Positions 49,319-59,415 of a stretch of DNA of 64,000 bases are shown here, piece after piece (the first letter of the stretch is position 1; each line of letters starts with the position of its first letter). This DNA is from an uncultured delta proteobacterium (lineage in GTDB: Bacteria > Myxococcota_A > Polyangia > Polyangiales > Polyangiaceae), in assembly GCA_963850305.1 (NCBI GenBank), contig CAWKKR010000008.1, forward strand, positions 864,001-928,000, read 5' to 3'. Under the pieces are notes generated by a model. That model saw only the letters and a list, made by a program, of their open reading frames with translations. It was not told where the DNA came from and made no database searches. The translations under genes and the position numbers were made by a program.

Positions 49319-50011
49319 TCAGGAGCCCGAATCGCAGGCCTTCCGGGCGCGGGCAGCGGTGGGCGACTGCGGCGCGAGACGAGCCAGCTCGGCGCGGCCT
49401 TCGCTCACACGTCCGAGCGAACAGAGCGCCTCAGCCTTCGCTGCGCGCCGCTCCTCGCTCAGAGCTCCACGTGGGAACCTGGATTGGTGCTCGTCGAGCG
49501 CCTTCAGTGCCTCCGCGGCGTGGCCCGCGCGCAGCGCGCTCGTCGCGCGCGACAGGAGCGCCACTTCTTCCGCGAGCCGATCGCGGCTGCGAGACGCCGA
49601 AGCAACGAGCGGAGGCGCAGCCACGGGTGCAGGAGTGCCATCGGGCGTCGCCACCGGTTCGGCGCGCGGAGCGACGGGGGGAGCCGGCGCTGCCGTCGCG
49701 ATCGATGCCACGGGCGGCCTCGACGTGGAGGTCTGCTGAACCGCCGGGCTCGGCCCTCGTCCCCTGCCCAGATAAACCGCGACCCCAACCAAGCCGACGC
49801 CGAGCACCGTGCCGGCCACGACCTTCCAGCCCGCGGCGGCAGCGATGGGAGACGGTGCGATACTCCCGTGCGGCGGCAGAGTGCCAGGACCCAGCTGCGC
49901 CCGGAGTGCCGTCGCGATCCGGTCGCGATCTGCGTCCGTCGGTCGAAGAGCAGTTCGACCGGCGTCGACAAGGGCGCGAGCTTTGGGTCCGAGAGTTGCC
50001 ATGATCGTCAC
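49319..50011 (-). CDS. Putative membrane anti-sigma factor with TPR-like C-terminus
   Basis: Coupled to the ECF gene; single TM, Pro/Ala linker, LAEEVALLSRA..ALRAG...ALKALDEH..RFPRGALSEER. Confidence 0.75.
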   Translation of the reverse strand: MTIMATLGPKARALVDAGRTALRPTDADRDRIATALRAQLGPGTLPPHGSIAPSPIAAAAGWKVVAGTVLGVGLVGVAVYLGRGRGPSPAVQQTSTSRPPVASIATAAPAPPVAPRAEPVATPDGTPAPVAAPPLVASASRSRDRLAEEVALLSRATSALRAGHAAEALKALDEHQSRFPRGALSEERRAAKAEALCSLGRVSEGRAELARLAPQSPTAARARKACDSGS

Positions 50012-50604
50012 GTTCCTTCGTTGCGCTTTTCAAGGCGCGCGAGCGCGGCCTCGAAGGCCTGTCTGGCCGCGCGAAGCCTGGAGTAGACGGTGTTGAGGGG
50101 GATCTCGAGGGCCTCGGCCACTTCCGGGACCGTGAACTCTTCGAGCTCGACCAGCGAGAACACCTCACGTTTCACGGGGTCGAGCGTTTCGAGTAACTGG
50201 GCGAGCCGCGCGAGCTCCGCGTTCGTCTCGGTTTGCTCGAAGGGCGACGGGGCTAGGGACTCGAGTTCGACGTCTTCGCCCACCGTGAGCTGGGCGGCTC
50301 GCGCGCGGCCGGCGCGGCGATGGGTACTCACGGTGCGCCGCACGATGCCGTACATCCAGCTCCGCAGCGCTTCAGGACGCTCCAGTGTGTGGAGCTTTCC
50401 GTGGACGACGATGAAGATCTCCTGGACGACGTCGTCCGTCGCTCCGGGGTCGACGCCGAGCCGACGCGTACACGACCAGACGAAGTCGAAGTACTCACGA
50501 TAGACCGCCTGGAACGAAGGCATTACCCGCGACACCGCGTGTGATTCCGGATCCTCCTCCCCGCTCGGGCAAGGGGCAATCGCTCGGGAGTCTCGGGCCG
50601 TCAT
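50008..50604 (-). CDS. ECF sigma-70 factor
   Basis: DDVVQEIF, RSWMYGI, EVAEALEIPLNTVYSRLRAAR. Confidence 0.93.
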   Translation of the reverse strand: MTARDSRAIAPCPSGEEDPESHAVSRVMPSFQAVYREYFDFVWSCTRRLGVDPGATDDVVQEIFIVVHGKLHTLERPEALRSWMYGIVRRTVSTHRRAGRARAAQLTVGEDVELESLAPSPFEQTETNAELARLAQLLETLDPVKREVFSLVELEEFTVPEVAEALEIPLNTVYSRLRAARQAFEAALARLEKRNEGT

Positions 50605-50644
50605 GCGGGTTCATTGCTGCAGTGGCACGCGGCGACGTGGTCCG

Positions 50645-51739
50645 TCACAAAATCCACTCCAGGCCGAGGGTTACCGTGAGCGAGCCTGGCCACATCTGCG
50701 CCAGAGTACCCACACCGTCGACCGCGAGGCGCGGTCGCGATCCCTCGACCTCTGCGCTCATCGCTCCGAAGAGTCCGACCCGCGAGAGGAAGCGCCATCG
50801 AGCTCGAACGCCGACGCCCGCGGCGGGCCACGTGATGCTCCCCGTCCGAGGGGCGACATGGTCTCCACTGCCGCGCGCGCGCAGGTGCTCGAGCCCGAAG
50901 GTCAAACAGGGAGCGACCTCGAAACGTTCTGACGAAAACGCCCAGCACCCCTCTAGCCCGGCGGCGACGCGCTGCACGTCCGCGCCGGTGCCGGGTTCGT
51001 CGCTCGCCGTAAGGTGCTGCGAATGCCAGACGCCGCCTTCCACGAGAACGCGAAGCCGCTCGAAGGATACGCCGGCTGCGGCGGCCAGCCCGAAACTCGG
51101 CTCGGGCAACGGACCGAGTGCGAAGACACCGAGCGGCGCCTGGAGCAGCCCGTGGAGTCGACGCGTCTCCGCGCGTTCGCCGCGCGACTCGCGATCCGGC
51201 ACAGCACTCTCCACCGCGTGCGTTGGCGAAGGTTCCGAAGTCCGCTGACCATTTCCTCTGGATGCCTCTGCCGTTGTCGAATCCTTCGTCTCGCTGCTCC
51301 CTGGGGACGGCGCGTCGCTCGCGCTGGGGCCTGCAAGGGTATCCTGTGGAGCCGAACCTCCGAGGAGCAGGGCCAGGGTTACCGCGGTCGCACCGGCGAG
51401 ATCCTTGCACGACCTGCCATCGATGTTGCGAGCCTCGACCAGATCACCGGCGTGCACGACGAGCGCGAGATGAAACCGACCGTCGTCGCCCTGGGTGACC
51501 GTCGCTTCCGCTCGCACGGGGGCATTCGTCGAGCGGGCGGAACCCGCAAGCTTCCGGGTTCGGTCCTGCACGTACCGTTCGCTCGGACACCCGGCGGGAG
51601 CTTCCCAGTGGAGCGCGAACGGCTCTGAGTATTGCGCGAGCGCCCGTGCCGGCGCGAGAAAAGCAATCAGCGCGCCGAGTATCGGCGCGCACCGCCCGTA
51701 CACACGACGGTCAGCGAGCAGCACTGATCGTGACGTCAT
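50645..51739 (-). CDS. Secreted hypothetical protein, possible outer-membrane beta-barrel C-terminus (start uncertain)
   Basis: Signal ending ALAQ, WEAPAGCP, CKDLA.A.A..LAL, Pro/Ser linker, alternating C-terminus LTVTLGLEWIL. Confidence 0.7.
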   Translation of the reverse strand: MTSRSVLLADRRVYGRCAPILGALIAFLAPARALAQYSEPFALHWEAPAGCPSERYVQDRTRKLAGSARSTNAPVRAEATVTQGDDGRFHLALVVHAGDLVEARNIDGRSCKDLAGATAVTLALLLGGSAPQDTLAGPSASDAPSPGSSETKDSTTAEASRGNGQRTSEPSPTHAVESAVPDRESRGERAETRRLHGLLQAPLGVFALGPLPEPSFGLAAAAGVSFERLRVLVEGGVWHSQHLTASDEPGTGADVQRVAAGLEGCWAFSSERFEVAPCLTFGLEHLRARGSGDHVAPRTGSITWPAAGVGVRARWRFLSRVGLFGAMSAEVEGSRPRLAVDGVGTLAQMWPGSLTVTLGLEWIL

Positions 51740-52520
51740 CGACGTAGAGCGTGGAGTTCGCGGGGCTCAAGCCGTTCGCGTAGTTTCCGACGTACCATTG
51801 GCCCCAGCTCGAGTCGTCCGTGACGATGTTCGTAGTCTGGACCACGAGGCGATCGTCCTGATAGAGCGCCACCGCACCCGTCGCATCAGCGGCGCGTGCG
51901 AGATAGAACTCCAGGTGAAACCAGGAACCGATGGGGACGGGTACGGGCGGCGCAGCATCGAGCGTGACCCCGTTCAGGAAGTCGTAGACGACGAGTTCGA
52001 GATCGCCGTTCGTCGCGTTGACGAGCGAGACGTCCCAGAGTCCGTGCTGCGCGGAAGGATCGCCGCCCTGGAAGTGCAGGAGGTTCCACACGGCCGAGTT
52101 CTCGGCGAGGGCCGGAACGAAGTACCAGGCCCCGTAGTACGCTGCCTGCGGCAATACGCCTTGTCGGACACACCGCGCCTGGTACGCCGTCGGATCTCCT
52201 GCGTTGACGGAGAAGGCGGCGGCGTGATGACCGGAATGAACCGGGGACGTGACCGTCTCGTAGATCGCAGGGGCTCCGTAACAGAACCCACCGGCCGCCG
52301 AGTAATCGCAGAACCCATTCTCGAAGCCCGTCGACCAGGGCACCGCGACTGGTGCCGTGCTGGGCGGAGCGGCGTCGGGCAGTCCAAGCAGCGAGCACTT
52401 CCACTCGCCCACGGTGACGGTTGGCTCGCAAGCGAGCAGCAGGCTCGGAACGATCACCACGAGGAGTCGCCACGCCGGACGGGCTGCCGACGGCGCGTGA
52501 AGCGGCTCCCTGACGGCCAT
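51711..52520 (-). CDS. Lipoprotein with polysaccharide-lyase/ConA-like beta-sandwich
   Basis: LLLAC lipobox, STGFE, PVHSG..A, YYGAWYFVP, G.WFHLEFY, LYVDDV. Confidence 0.7.
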   Translation of the reverse strand: MAVREPLHAPSAARPAWRLLVVIVPSLLLACEPTVTVGEWKCSLLGLPDAAPPSTAPVAVPWSTGFENGFCDYSAAGGFCYGAPAIYETVTSPVHSGHHAAAFSVNAGDPTAYQARCVRQGVLPQAAYYGAWYFVPALAENSAVWNLLHFQGGDPSAQHGLWDVSLVNATNGDLELVVYDFLNGVTLDAAPPVPVPIGSWFHLEFYLARAADATGAVALYQDDRLVVQTTNIVTDDSSWGQWYVGNYANGLSPANSTLYVDDVTISAAR

Positions 52521-52731
52521 GCGAGGCCGATTCTCGAAGGGAACCTCCGGCTTGTCACCTGTCGATAGGCACCGAGATTCGAACGTCACGACCCTCGAGG
52601 ACCCTACAGATTGAATGACGGAATCGCACTCGTGCCGACACTGCGCCGAGATGACGTCACGCGAAGTCGCGGGCCGCATTGACACCCTGAACCAAACTTT
52701 GCGCGACTGTCGCAACGCGTCCGCAGAGCCG

Positions 52732-53997
52732 ATGCCGACCCGCGGCCGTCCGCCTCGAGTCTGGCTGTTCGGGCTTGCTTTGCCTGGAGCGATTCTTCTC
52801 GGAGGGTGTGGTAGTGGGGCGAGCGCGCCGCCTGGCGAGGGTGCGGGAGGCACGTATCAAGGGAGCACGGGCGGCTACTCCGCGGGGGCCGGCCTCGGAA
52901 ATCAATCCGGCGGGGCCGCGAACAACTTCGCGGGCGGTGCGGATGGGACGGCGTTCGGCGGTGCGAGCGGAAGCGGCGGCTATCCCGCGGATACGGGCGG
53001 AACGAATGGGGCGGGCGGTGCGTCCGCTAGCAACGGCGGCGCGAGCGGAACGGGCGGCTCCACGGGCTCCGGCGGATCGACTGGCGGCGGCGCTGCAGGG
53101 AGCGGGGGCTCGCCGGGTACCGGTGGCTCGCCGCCCGCGAAGTTCTGCGGCAACATCACGACGAACGGGCAGGTCCGGTCGGACTTCATCACCTACTGGA
53201 ACCAGATCACCCCCGAGAACGAGGGCAAGTGGGGCAGCGTCGAGGCCGTCCGCGACCAGATGAACTGGACGGGCCTGGACGCCGTCCACGACTATGCGAA
53301 GCAGCACAGCATCCCGTTCAAGGAGCACAACTTCGTCTGGGGTTCCCAGCAACCCGGCTGGATCAGCGGACTTTCCCAGGCCGATCAGCGCTCGGAGGTC
53401 GAGGACTGGATCCGCCTGTTCTGCGAGCGCTATCCGGACACGCAGATGATCGACGTCGTGAATGAGCCGCCGCCGCACACGACGCCCCCGTACACGGCCG
53501 CGCTCGGGGGCGCCGGCGCGAGCGGCTACGACTGGATCGTCCAGGCATTCACTTGGGCGCACCAGTACTGCCCGAACTCGATCCTGATCATGAACGACTA
53601 CAACATCATCGAATACGCGAACGACAACTCCCACTTCATCGATATCGTGAAAAGCATCCAGGCCGCCGGCGCTCCCATCGACGCTATCGGCGCCCAGGCC
53701 CACGCCGCATACAACATCCCCACCGACACCGTGAAGGGCTACATCGACGACCTTACCTCTTCCACCGGGCTACCCGTGTACATCAGCGAGTACGACATCA
53801 ACGTGGCCGACGACAACCAGCAAGAGACCATCATGCAGAGCCAGTTCCCGATGTTCTGGACGGACCCCAACGTCCACGGCGTCACGCTGTGGGGATACAT
53901 CGAAGGCGCGACGTGGCTCCCGAACACCGGCCTCATGACGAGCACCGGCCAGATGCGCCCGGCGATGACCTGGCTCATGGGGTATTTGAATCGCTAG
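52732..53997 (+). CDS. GH10 endo-1,4-beta-xylanase lipoprotein
   Basis: LGGC lipobox, Gly linker, QITPENEGKW, DVVNE (acid/base), NDYN, IGAQAH, ISEYD (nucleophile). Confidence 0.95.
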   Translation: MPTRGRPPRVWLFGLALPGAILLGGCGSGASAPPGEGAGGTYQGSTGGYSAGAGLGNQSGGAANNFAGGADGTAFGGASGSGGYPADTGGTNGAGGASASNGGASGTGGSTGSGGSTGGGAAGSGGSPGTGGSPPAKFCGNITTNGQVRSDFITYWNQITPENEGKWGSVEAVRDQMNWTGLDAVHDYAKQHSIPFKEHNFVWGSQQPGWISGLSQADQRSEVEDWIRLFCERYPDTQMIDVVNEPPPHTTPPYTAALGGAGASGYDWIVQAFTWAHQYCPNSILIMNDYNIIEYANDNSHFIDIVKSIQAAGAPIDAIGAQAHAAYNIPTDTVKGYIDDLTSSTGLPVYISEYDINVADDNQQETIMQSQFPMFWTDPNVHGVTLWGYIEGATWLPNTGLMTSTGQMRPAMTWLMGYLNR

Positions 53998-54030
53998 GGA
54001 GCACGCTTGCTGCGCCAGAAGGAGCCCCTA

Positions 54031-54180
54031 TGAAGCGGTCCTCGCGTCTTGCGGACGCGTCGTCGTGCTGCGTGAAGCGGTTACCACGGCCGACGGACGC
54101 GTCGTCGTGCTGCGTGAAGCGAGTACCACGACGGACGGACGCGCCTTCGCGGCTTACGGACGCGTCCACGCGCCTTCGGA
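54031..54180. repeat. Intergenic 42-bp (2x21) tandem repeat
   Basis: tgaagcg at 54031/54073/54115; cggacgcg at 54052/54094/54136/54157. Confidence 0.85.
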
Positions 54181-54220
54181 TCGAGTCGACATCGTGAGCC
54201 CCGGCGTCCGCCCTCCTGCG

Positions 54221-56104
54221 TCAGCGTTCCGCGAAGGTCGAGACCCGCAGCTTTCGGAAGAGGCTTCGCTTCTTGTAGTGGTGCTGTTCCATCCTGCCGA
54301 GAATGTCGGACAGGACGCGCACGGCTTCGTCGATGAAGGGGCCCTTGTTGAGCATCACGCACTCGGCAGCGACACCGGTCGCGGCGTCGGTCACCTCGGC
54401 GCGCGAGGGCACGCCGGTCCGCGCGAGGGTATCGAGCACCTGCGTCGCCCAGATGGCCGGTACGTGGCTCGCCTCGCAGAGCCAGAGCATCTCCTCCTGC
54501 AGCTCCGCAAGCCGCTCGAACCCCACCTCGACCGCGAGATCCCCGCGCGCAATCATGACCCCGAGGGGCGGACGGCGTAGCCCCTCGAGGAGGAGCCGCG
54601 GAAGGTTCTCGAAGCCGGCGCGCGTCTCGATCTTGAGCACGACGCCGACGTCCGGTTTGCCGAGGCGGTCGAGCTCCTCGTGAAGAGCGCGGAGGTCCTC
54701 CGGGCGTCGCGCGAACGACAGGCTCACCGCATCGGCATGCAGCGCCACGAACGCGAGCGCCTGCCGGTCGTCGTCGGTCAGAGCGGGCACGTCGACGACG
54801 GTGTCCGGCAGGTTGATGCCCTTCTCGGCGTGCAGCTTGATCGTCGCCTTCTGCGTCCGGACGGCGCGCAAATGGAAGTCGCCGCGGGCGTCGACCTTCT
54901 CGACCACGGCTTCGACACGCCCGTCGTCGAAGAGCACGCGATGTCCGACCTGGAGATGATCGAGCGCGGAGGGCAGCGCGCAGGAGACCAGGCCCGGCTC
55001 GACGACGCGCCCGTCGCCGGTGCGCCGCGGAGCGCGTCCTTCCACGTCGCGCGGCGTGAGCACCAGCTCGTCCCCCGCGCGGATGTCGACGGCGGGACCT
55101 TCGCCGCCCCCCACCGTGAGCGTCACGGTTGCGACCTTGACGTCGGCACGGACCACACGGGCGCGCACCCGATCTTTCACGTAGGCGCGCCGGGTCGCGG
55201 AGAGGACGAGCTCGTCGTTGCCGGTCTCCCGGACCTCGAGGACGCGCTTCTTCCCGCGCGCGTCACGGAAGCGGAGTTCGTCTCCCGGGCGGACCTGCGC
55301 GAAGCTCTCGTCGTCGAGCAGCAGCTTCGGGGGAGAGCCCGTTTCGCACGGCAGCGACGCGCGGCGTACGATCACCCGGGCCGGCGTCACGGGGTTGCCG
55401 ATCTCGTCCCTCAGGGGCTTCCAGGTGATCACGTGCGGGGCGCCGGCGACGAGACCCGTCCGGAGCTTGGGCCCCGCGAGGTCCATGAGGATCCGGCACT
55501 CCTTGCCCGTTTCCCGCCGGGCCTCGCGGAGCGCTTCGATTGCGCCGAGCCACTCTTCCGGGCCTTCGTGAGCGCAGTTGATGCGAAGGACGTTCGCGCC
55601 GGCTGCGAGCATCTTGACCATCCACGCGCGGTCCGCCTCCTTCGCGGAGGGCACGGTTACCATGACGTAGATGTGCCGGTGCTCCGGACAGGGCCCGAGC
55701 AGGGCGCGCGTGTGCCGGTGAAGGCATGCCTGGGCCTTCTCCCACGACAGGGAACGGCCGCGCTCCTTCTCGAGGCGCTCGAGCTCGCTGCGTGCGCCCT
55801 CGTTTCCGCGAAAGACGAGTGCCTCATGCGCGCGGCGCGACACCTCGAGCAAGGTCTCGCGAACGAAGCTCTCGGAGCGCCCGAGCGACGAGAGCCCGAG
55901 CTCGGCGAGCGCGAGCTGCAACTCTCGAAGGTCTTCCTGCCGGAGCGCGACGTAATGCACCAGGTTTCGCGCGCTCTCACGGTGCTCTTCCGCGACGCCC
56001 GCGATCGCCTTGGCCATCTGGTGCTCCAGCTCGTCGAGGCGCCGCTCGACCCGCAGGAGCTCGCGCGCTACCGCGACGAACGAATGCTCGAACGCGTCAC
56101 TCAT
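54221..56104 (-). CDS. pyk: Pyruvate kinase, long atypical form
   Basis: RINCAH, MDLAGPKLRT, KGINLP, LKIET, MIARGDL, ATQVLD, PSRAEVTD, CVMLN. Confidence 0.9.
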   Translation of the reverse strand: MSDAFEHSFVAVARELLRVERRLDELEHQMAKAIAGVAEEHRESARNLVHYVALRQEDLRELQLALAELGLSSLGRSESFVRETLLEVSRRAHEALVFRGNEGARSELERLEKERGRSLSWEKAQACLHRHTRALLGPCPEHRHIYVMVTVPSAKEADRAWMVKMLAAGANVLRINCAHEGPEEWLGAIEALREARRETGKECRILMDLAGPKLRTGLVAGAPHVITWKPLRDEIGNPVTPARVIVRRASLPCETGSPPKLLLDDESFAQVRPGDELRFRDARGKKRVLEVRETGNDELVLSATRRAYVKDRVRARVVRADVKVATVTLTVGGGEGPAVDIRAGDELVLTPRDVEGRAPRRTGDGRVVEPGLVSCALPSALDHLQVGHRVLFDDGRVEAVVEKVDARGDFHLRAVRTQKATIKLHAEKGINLPDTVVDVPALTDDDRQALAFVALHADAVSLSFARRPEDLRALHEELDRLGKPDVGVVLKIETRAGFENLPRLLLEGLRRPPLGVMIARGDLAVEVGFERLAELQEEMLWLCEASHVPAIWATQVLDTLARTGVPSRAEVTDAATGVAAECVMLNKGPFIDEAVRVLSDILGRMEQHHYKKRSLFRKLRVSTFAER

Positions 56105-56288
56105 GGCAGTGCCCGCTGCAACGACCGTTCCTCGCCGATTCCCGTCGCTTCCGCGGCGCCGGCCGTCCGCGCGGCGCAAACCGTGCGCGCGAGGCGCACG
56201 CTGTCGGTCGTGCCAAACCTTGCCGGGCGCGACGAAACTGTCGGAGGCCGTCCGACCCCGCACCGACAACCGGCGTCCGTCCGCGCTC

Positions 56289-56963
56289 TCAGCTCGTGAA
56301 CATCTTCACCGGTCTTTCGAGGCTTGCGAGCACCGGCGCGTAGAGGACGCGCTTGATGGCGTGGAGGGTCGCGGCGCTCTTGCCGGCAAGCTCCTCGGCG
56401 CGCGCGACCGCTCGAGGGAGGACATCGATCTCGGGCACGGCTTCGGCGACGATCCCTCGGGCCGCCGCGTCCGTACCTCCGTAACGCTTGCCCGTCGTCG
56501 AGCACTCATGAAGGACGGGCTGCGGCAGCCGGGATGCGATGAGGGCCATCATCCCCTCGCTGAACGGGATGTCGATATCGACTTCGGGGAGGCAAAAGAA
56601 ACCGCGGTCCGAACGCATCACGGCGGAGTCGTGCGCGAGTACCAGCATGGCGCCCGCGGCGAAGGCGTGCCCGTTGATCGCCGCGACCGTTGGGCGCTTG
56701 AACGCCAGACACCGTGCGAGGAGGCGCTGCACGTCGCCGATGAACTCCGGGCGATCCGTGCAGGCGGGACTCACGATCCAGTCGAGGTCGAGACCGTTCG
56801 AGTAGTACTTTCCAGCGCCCGTCGTCACGAGCGCGGAGGGCGTAGCGGCCCGCTCCACCTCGTCGAGCGTGGCGTTGAAGTCCGCCACGAACCGCGCATT
56901 GAACCGGTTTTCGCCGTCCTCCATCCGGAGCACGAACACGTTGCCCTGTTTCGCCAGATCCAT
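56289..56963 (-). CDS. Enoyl-CoA hydratase/isomerase family protein
   Basis: YSNGLDL, PTVAAINGHAFAAG, LPEVDI. Confidence 0.92.
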   Translation of the reverse strand: MDLAKQGNVFVLRMEDGENRFNARFVADFNATLDEVERAATPSALVTTGAGKYYSNGLDLDWIVSPACTDRPEFIGDVQRLLARCLAFKRPTVAAINGHAFAAGAMLVLAHDSAVMRSDRGFFCLPEVDIDIPFSEGMMALIASRLPQPVLHECSTTGKRYGGTDAAARGIVAEAVPEIDVLPRAVARAEELAGKSAATLHAIKRVLYAPVLASLERPVKMFTS

Positions 56964-57018
56964 GCAGACGAACCTACCGTAGCGTCCGGCAGCGCGAAAC
57001 TGGTGTCCCGGGGCGCCC

Positions 57019-58194
57019 TCAGTTGCACGACCCGGTCACTAGCGACCGGGGCCGGACGGCAGTGTTTTTGATGCTCGCCGCGCTGTCCATCGCCACGTCC
57101 TTGCCCCACCCCATGAGAGTGCTTGCGCTGAACGTCCTGGTCATATCGAACTCCGAGCAGTCGGTGTTCCAGTACGTAGCGGGGTCGTTGTCGCCCCACG
57201 ACCACGCGAGCCAGCCGATGCCGAAGCGCGACGCTTCCTGGACGAGGGCGTCGTAGTTCAACGCGGGACCGCAGCCGGGCGGCTCCCTGTTCGCAAATTC
57301 GCCGACGATGAACGGAAGGTCGAGCGCGATAGACTGCTGGAACACGGAGACGAGCTGCGCGTCGCTGAGGGGATCGTAGAGGTGCGCCGAGAAGATCAGG
57401 TTGTGGTCCGGATCGGCTGCGAGCACGGCCGGCCCCTGTGAGAAGAGCACCCCGTAGTCTCGTCCGCAGTTCCCTCCGTCGATGACGAGGGGCGTGTGGA
57501 TCCCGGCGCCCCGCATCTCCCTCACGACCGACGAGTACTCGTTCGCGAACTCCGTGTCGCTGGGTGGGCTGGGCTCGTTTGCGATGTTGATGAGCAGGTT
57601 CGCTTCGTACTCGTGAATGAGCGCAAGTGCGTCCGGGGCCGTGTAGTACCGGACGATCGGATCGAGTTTCCACTGACACGTCGAATCGTGCATCTCGAGC
57701 ATCGGGATCATGCCGTTCGCGATCGCGCGGGCGATCACGGGCTTGGCGGCGGAGATGGGAACGCCGTTTTCCGCGTACCAGAAGATACGGACCACATTGG
57801 CGCCGGTCTTGGCGATCTCCGGCAGCGCGTCGCCGGGGCGGTCGACGTAGAGCGTGGGGTGGTTCACACCACGGAGGACCACCCGCTCGCCGCAGCGATC
57901 GTACAGATTTCGCCCGCGGACGTAGTATCCCGTCGCCGCCGGCTCGGGTGGTGCAGACGCGTCCGTCGCGCTCGCATCGCCCGCGCTACCCGTACCGGCG
58001 TCGACGTTGCGCGTGGCGCCCGGATACAGACCAGCGCCGGCGGCGCAGGAAACGGTGAGACCAGTGCAGCCGGCGGCGGAAAGGATGATCGCCGCCGCAC
58101 GTCGACGTCGCTCCGACGTGTGTTCCGATGTTCGCTCGTGTCTGGGAGAATTCACGCGGCGAGTCGAGCATCGCCTTCCACGGAGCGCTGTCAC
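57019..58194 (-). CDS. GH5 glycoside hydrolase (mannanase-like), secreted; start uncertain
   Basis: RGVNH, EMHD, NIANEP, IFSAHLY, IVGEF, WLAWSW. Confidence 0.9.
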   Translation of the reverse strand: MTALRGRRCSTRRVNSPRHERTSEHTSERRRRAAAIILSAAGCTGLTVSCAAGAGLYPGATRNVDAGTGSAGDASATDASAPPEPAATGYYVRGRNLYDRCGERVVLRGVNHPTLYVDRPGDALPEIAKTGANVVRIFWYAENGVPISAAKPVIARAIANGMIPMLEMHDSTCQWKLDPIVRYYTAPDALALIHEYEANLLINIANEPSPPSDTEFANEYSSVVREMRGAGIHTPLVIDGGNCGRDYGVLFSQGPAVLAADPDHNLIFSAHLYDPLSDAQLVSVFQQSIALDLPFIVGEFANREPPGCGPALNYDALVQEASRFGIGWLAWSWGDNDPATYWNTDCSEFDMTRTFSASTLMGWGKDVAMDSAASIKNTAVRPRSLVTGSCN

Positions 58195-58358
58195 TTCTCG
58201 AGGGTAGAACCGCGATTTGTGTCGCGTTTCCCGCCGACTCTGGACCCGGACGAGACTCGAGGCCTGCGCTGACCGGCTCGCACGAGCTCGGTAGGCGGAC
58301 GCGCTTGGCCGGCACCGGAGTGGACGCGCTCGGGCAGGATCATAGGTATCGTGATCCG

Positions 58359-59345
58359 ATGAAGACGACGAAGCTTGGCGCGCAAGGTCCGCTCGTATCG
58401 GCGATAGGTCTCGGTTGCATGAGCATGGGCAAGTCCGGGGCGTACGGCGCGGCGGGTGACGACGAGGGCATCCGCACGATCCACGAGGCGATCGACCGCG
58501 GCGTCACCTTGCTCGACACGGGCGACTTCTACGGGATGGGGGAAAACGAGATGTTGATCGGCCGCGCGCTCGCGGGCGGCCGGCGGCAGCGGGTCCTGGT
58601 CTCGGTGAAGTTCGGCGGGATGCGAGACCCGGGCGGGCAGTTCACGGGGCACGACACGCGGCCCGTCGCAGTGAAGAACTTCGCTGCGTACAGCCTCAAG
58701 CGCCTCGGAATCGAGGTGATCGACATCTACCGCCCCGCGCGGCTCGACCCGCACGTGCCCATCGAAGACACCGTCGGCGCGATCGCGGATCTGATCAAAG
58801 CCGGGTACGTCAGGTACGTGGGGCTCTCGGAGGTCGGAGTGGAGACAATCCGACGCGCACACGCCGTTCATCCGATCGTGGACCTGCAGATCGAGTACGC
58901 GCTCGCAAGCCGCAAGCCGGAAGAGAAAATCTTTCCAGTGCTCCACGAGCTCGGGATCGGCGCGACGCTTTACGGGGTGCTCTCGCGCGGTCTCCTGAGC
59001 GGCAGCAAGCCCCAGCGCCCCAAGGATTTCCGGTCGCACCTGCCACGCTTCGCCGGACAGGCGGGCAAGGACAACGAGGAGCTCGTCGAGAAGCTGCGCG
59101 GGTTCGCGGCGAAGGCGGGGCGCACGCCGGCGCTGGTGTGCATGGCGTGGGTGCTGGCGAAGGAGCCGGCGCTGGTGCCGATCATCGGCGCTCGGACGCC
59201 GACGCAGCTGGACGTCCTGGACGCCGTGGAGCGGCCGCTCGCGGCGGACGAGATGCGGGAGCTCGAGACGCTGATTCCGAGAGGGGCCTTCAAGGGCAGC
59301 CGGTACGCGGAGGCGCAAATGGCGCATCTCGACAGCGAGCGCTGA
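58359..59345 (+). CDS. Aldo/keto reductase
   Basis: IGLGCM, LDTGDFYG, SLKRL, GYVRYVGLSE, IIGART. Confidence 0.95.
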   Translation: MKTTKLGAQGPLVSAIGLGCMSMGKSGAYGAAGDDEGIRTIHEAIDRGVTLLDTGDFYGMGENEMLIGRALAGGRRQRVLVSVKFGGMRDPGGQFTGHDTRPVAVKNFAAYSLKRLGIEVIDIYRPARLDPHVPIEDTVGAIADLIKAGYVRYVGLSEVGVETIRRAHAVHPIVDLQIEYALASRKPEEKIFPVLHELGIGATLYGVLSRGLLSGSKPQRPKDFRSHLPRFAGQAGKDNEELVEKLRGFAAKAGRTPALVCMAWVLAKEPALVPIIGARTPTQLDVLDAVERPLAADEMRELETLIPRGAFKGSRYAEAQMAHLDSER

Positions 59346-59415
59346 CGCGAGGGTGGAGCGCCAAACTTTTCGAGATTCATGCGCGCCGGAGCTGGCAAGC
59401 GGCAACTACTCGAAG

